Assembly (NCBI GenBank): GCA_963666835.2
Contig: CAXXGO010000006.1
Span: forward strand, 320,001 to 384,000
Origin: Phycisphaerae bacterium
GTDB taxonomy: Bacteria; Planctomycetota; Phycisphaerae; UBA1845
DNA length: 64,000 bases
Direction of reading: 5' to 3'
Shown: piece after piece, positions 60,923-64,000 of the stretch
Layout: every line of letters begins with the position of its first letter
Position numbering within the stretch: the first letter of the stretch is position 1
Program-made: the position numbers and the translations under genes
Notes under the pieces: generated by a model
What the model saw: only the letters and a program-made list of their open reading frames with translations
Database searches by the model: none
Told to the model about the DNA's origin: nothing

Positions 60923-63900
60923 CTACGGCGCAACAGGCGTATGGATAACGATAATACCAATGACACCTTCACGCGCGAACAAATCTGTGATCGCGCTAGC
61001 GGCCTCTCCTTCCGCAACATGCCATAGGATTGGCCCCCCGGCCGCAGCTTGAGTCTGGCGGCGGGCTTGTTGGAGTATCTCGCCCTCACCGGCAAACCAG
61101 GACTGGAAGCGCCCGTTTCTAACGAAGTTCGCATAGCCTGGTCCCTTCGCATCGATCAGCACTCCCGCCTCGGTAACGCCATCGAACTTGACTCCGTTGA
61201 CCGTAAAGGCCTGCCCGGTCCGCCCCGTGATCTGTTTCTGGTACGCTCTTGCCTGGGCCGACATGCCTTCGCTGGCTTTGGTCCAGACACCTCCCGCCGC
61301 TGCACCACGAGCACAGGGATTCGTGTTGTGACTCAACGCCTCAACATGCCCGACGTAGTAGCAATCATCGGTTTGGATGTCAAGGTTGTGAACTCGATGC
61401 ACGCCTGGGTATTTGCGGACCGAGCGAATCGTGGCGTTTCCGCCGATCGTCTTGAGTTTCTCGCCGATCCTCAGATCACCGGTTTGTACCCACGAATCGC
61501 GATCGACGGAGAACAAGCGGTGTCGCCTGGTTGGATACAGCGGCTCGTCGTGACCATCGAATCGAAGCTCGTACACATAGCCGTTCAGATGAGAAACGGT
61601 GCCCAGCACGACGCGTCCGGGCGGGGGCTTGATGGCTGGGCAATCGGATACCGAGACAACCGTGGCCGGGCCTTTCAGGCCCATTTCCGGCAAGCCAAAG
61701 AGGATCGTCGCGCCTTCCGTGGCACGTACCGACTCGACCCACGCGAGCGGACGCAATACCTCGATGTCAAGGATGTCCCCCTCGGATTCCGGGTTTACCA
61801 TCTTGAGCGTAACCTGCCGCCAAGTGCCTGGGGCCGGCTCGGGTTCGGAGGGCAGACCTTGATCGGTCGTCAGAACTCGATCGCCCACGCGAAGCGACTC
61901 GATCGCGGTGCGGCCCTCCGGCGTGACGACGAGGGTGCCCGCGAGGAAGCACACTCCTCTCGCGGCCACTTTGGCTAACTGCCGTCCCTTGCCGGTCTTG
62001 ATGCCTTTGCGGACGTATTTGAATGCGGAAGTGACGAGCTTGCCGAATGGGACAGCGGCGCTGAGAGCGGTGCCACCGATGCTCGCCACGTCCCAAAAAT
62101 CCCAATCGCCCGGGTTCTTTCGGAGCGTCTGATAGGCGTCCATTGCATCGATCACCATGCCGGCTGGCGTGAAGGACAGGGCCATGAGCGCGAAACCCTT
62201 GACAACGTCGATCCCGATGTTGAGCGTTTGTGTTGCGTAGGCATACGCGGCGAAGTTGTCGCCGGGGATTTGCATGGCGAGGTCCCAGGCTTCGGGCCCC
62301 TCGTAAGCGTTGTCACCATACAGCCCTGCGGGGTCTCGGCGATTCACGGGGTTGCTGCCGAGGTACTGGTATAGGTTCGGGCCGTCGATGTGTTGGCCAC
62401 CTGCCGACATTGCGGCGCTGGCGAAAGCGTTCTGTGCGTTCGTCAGCATGACGTCGACAAGCACGAGCGAGGTTTCGTTCGGGTCCTCCTGCATGAAGCG
62501 GCCGAGCTTCGGTTTGAGGATGCGGGTGCGGTTGTTAACCGCGTCGATCTCGGGCATGTGGTCGAGGCCTTGGTGGCCTTTGGTGGTGGCGATCAGACTG
62601 GGCGTGCCGAGGATATCGGTGATCGTGCCGTCCGATTCGATCCGCTCGGCCGCGAGACGTTCGCCGTAGGGTTTGTAGTTGTATTGCTGCTCGAGGTGTC
62701 CGTCGTGATCGGTCGTGGCCACGACGTTGTAGTTCGCATCTTGCAGGATGAAATGCGGATCGGTTGGTGTCTCGTCGCTGTCGTAATATGCCACGACCTC
62801 GTCAATGTAGTCGAGGCCGTAGACGTATTGGCGATGGAGTGCCAGCGACGTGCCGTTGTGCTTGTGGTGCTCCAGCAGGCGGTGGCCGTCGTAGTAGAAG
62901 TAATCCCCGTCGCCGGTGGTGTTGAGATCGCCCGACCCGGACACGGTTTTGTGAATCATCCGCCCGAGGACGTCGTAGTCGTACGTGGCGATGAGATCGC
63001 CCAGGTCCGTACCGGCCAGATCGCCCGCGGCGTCGACGTGGTAGTCACCCTTATCGTGCACCTCGACCACCCGGTTCCATGCGTCGTATTTGTAGAACTT
63101 CTCGTCATCGAGCACGAGGTTCCCGGCCGCGTCGTAATAGAAGTCGTCGTTTTCGACGGGCTCGCCGTTGGCCTCGGTCCGGAGGGTGTTGATCCGGTTG
63201 GCCTCGTCGGTGGTGTCGTGTCGTTTCTCGATCCACGTGTCGGTGCCGAAGTCGTAGCCGGGATCGTTACCAGCCAGCGAACCGACCGTATAGCTGATGA
63301 AGCTGTCGTTGCTGCTGCCTCCGGACCAGTTACCCAGAACGTCCAGATTCCACGCCTGCCCGGTGCCGCCGTCGGCGATCTTGCCCTCCAGAGCGTGCTC
63401 TCCGCATTCGGCGAAGACGAGCCGGTTAAGATTGTCGTAGCCGTAGATGTATGAGCGTTGCCAGTTGTAGCCTGAGATGTCTCCGGCCTGGAGGATGAAC
63501 GCAGAGGTACGGTTGCCGTTGGCGTCGTGCTTGTACTCGTACATGTGGAGCGGGACGCCGGGGTTGTTACTGCTCGTGAAGGTCATTGCTGCGACGCGGC
63601 CGAAGCGGTCGAGGGCGTTGGGGGTCGTGTAGTCGAGGATGACGTCGTTGTCGTCTCCCCAGACCTTCTTGACGTTTCGCCCGCCGCCGGTGGTGGTGTA
63701 GGCGATCAGGGGGTTGTTCGTACCGCCGACCTCCGACATGCCGGTCATGCGGCCGATGGCGTTGGTCCAGGTCTGGCCGTCGCGCGTGTAGTCGAAGGTG
63801 AATCCGCGGCCGGAGGGATAGGTGATGTCGGTCAAGCGGTTCTGTTTGGGTTTCCCGGCGGACTCCTGATACCACTGCCAGCCGTAGGTGACCGTCTTGG

Positions 63901-64000
63901 CGAACAAAGGCGTCACATCCGGCCTCGGGTCGAGCGTCTCGTCGGTCAGATTGCCGAAGCCGTCGTAGCCGTAAGTGATCTCGCTGAGCGCCTCGGCCGG
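60923..64000 (-). CDS. Rhs cassette 1 (5' end beyond the window) with HINT and Tox-REase-5-like CT
   Basis: DPAGL; HINT 61325-61951; CT MS.QARAYQKQITG...VKFDG...LIDAKG...QARRQ...WHVAE. Confidence 0.88.
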   Translation of the reverse strand, partial: PAEALSEITYGYDGFGNLTDETLDPRPDVTPLFAKTVTYGWQWYQESAGKPKQNRLTDITYPSGRGFTFDYTRDGQTWTNAIGRMTGMSEVGGTNNPLIAYTTTGGGRNVKKVWGDDNDVILDYTTPNALDRFGRVAAMTFTSSNNPGVPLHMYEYKHDANGNRTSAFILQAGDISGYNWQRSYIYGYDNLNRLVFAECGEHALEGKIADGGTGQAWNLDVLGNWSGGSSNDSFISYTVGSLAGNDPGYDFGTDTWIEKRHDTTDEANRINTLRTEANGEPVENDDFYYDAAGNLVLDDEKFYKYDAWNRVVEVHDKGDYHVDAAGDLAGTDLGDLIATYDYDVLGRMIHKTVSGSGDLNTTGDGDYFYYDGHRLLEHHKHNGTSLALHRQYVYGLDYIDEVVAYYDSDETPTDPHFILQDANYNVVATTDHDGHLEQQYNYKPYGERLAAERIESDGTITDILGTPSLIATTKGHQGLDHMPEIDAVNNRTRILKPKLGRFMQEDPNETSLVLVDVMLTNAQNAFASAAMSAGGQHIDGPNLYQYLGSNPVNRRDPAGLYGDNAYEGPEAWDLAMQIPGDNFAAYAYATQTLNIGIDVVKGFALMALSFTPAGMVIDAMDAYQTLRKNPGDWDFWDVASIGGTALSAAVPFGKLVTSAFKYVRKGIKTGKGRQLAKVAARGVCFLAGTLVVTPEGRTAIESLRVGDRVLTTDQGLPSEPEPAPGTWRQVTLKMVNPESEGDILDIEVLRPLAWVESVRATEGATILFGLPEMGLKGPATVVSVSDCPAIKPPPGRVVLGTVSHLNGYVYELRFDGHDEPLYPTRRHRLFSVDRDSWVQTGDLRIGEKLKTIGGNATIRSVRKYPGVHRVHNLDIQTDDCYYVGHVEALSHNTNPCARGAAAGGVWTKASEGMSAQARAYQKQITGRTGQAFTVNGVKFDGVTEAGVLIDAKGPGYANFVRNGRFQSWFAGEGEILQQARRQTQAAAGGPILWHVAEGEAASAITDLFAREGVIGIIVIHTPVAP

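Noticed and set aside
43023..64000. DGR-type template/variable repeat pairs among the Rhs repeats
   Set aside because: Differences between copies are not adenine-specific and no DGR RT is present.

Overview
High-GC bacterial DNA, probably Planctomycetota (Phycisphaerae-like). This is inferred from an IPTL-CTERM protein, a CxYDLxGNxSGxCPECG motif and the gene set. Left to right: the 3' part of a group II intron with its RT/maturase (1-1893); housekeeping genes (purC, lpxB, metK, queC, clpS, rpsR, apgM, murJ; tRNA-Leu, tRNA-Asp, an atypical tRNA-Ala) interrupted by small accessory modules; and, right of tRNA-Asp, a decayed island (hsdR and DUF4268 fragments, internally deleted IS1380) followed by a >21-kb minus-strand array of 8 orphan Rhs cassettes with 7 different toxin/immunity pairs. 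The main pattern: one intact REP-associated tyrosine transposase (RAYT, 25648-26202), at least 3 REP families and at least 5 RAYT remnants. RAYT 3' ends or REPs repeatedly bracket accessory genes and also sit in the spacers of the Rhs cassettes, several of which start at one fixed junction. Other highlights: a leader-peptide attenuator ahead of a tRNA-Ala/ADP-ribosylglycohydrolase unit, a HINT domain split over two ORFs, a translationally coupled TIGR04255 three-gene module, and a GIY-YIG/YcaQ fusion. All family names come from motif recognition by eye; no searches were run.
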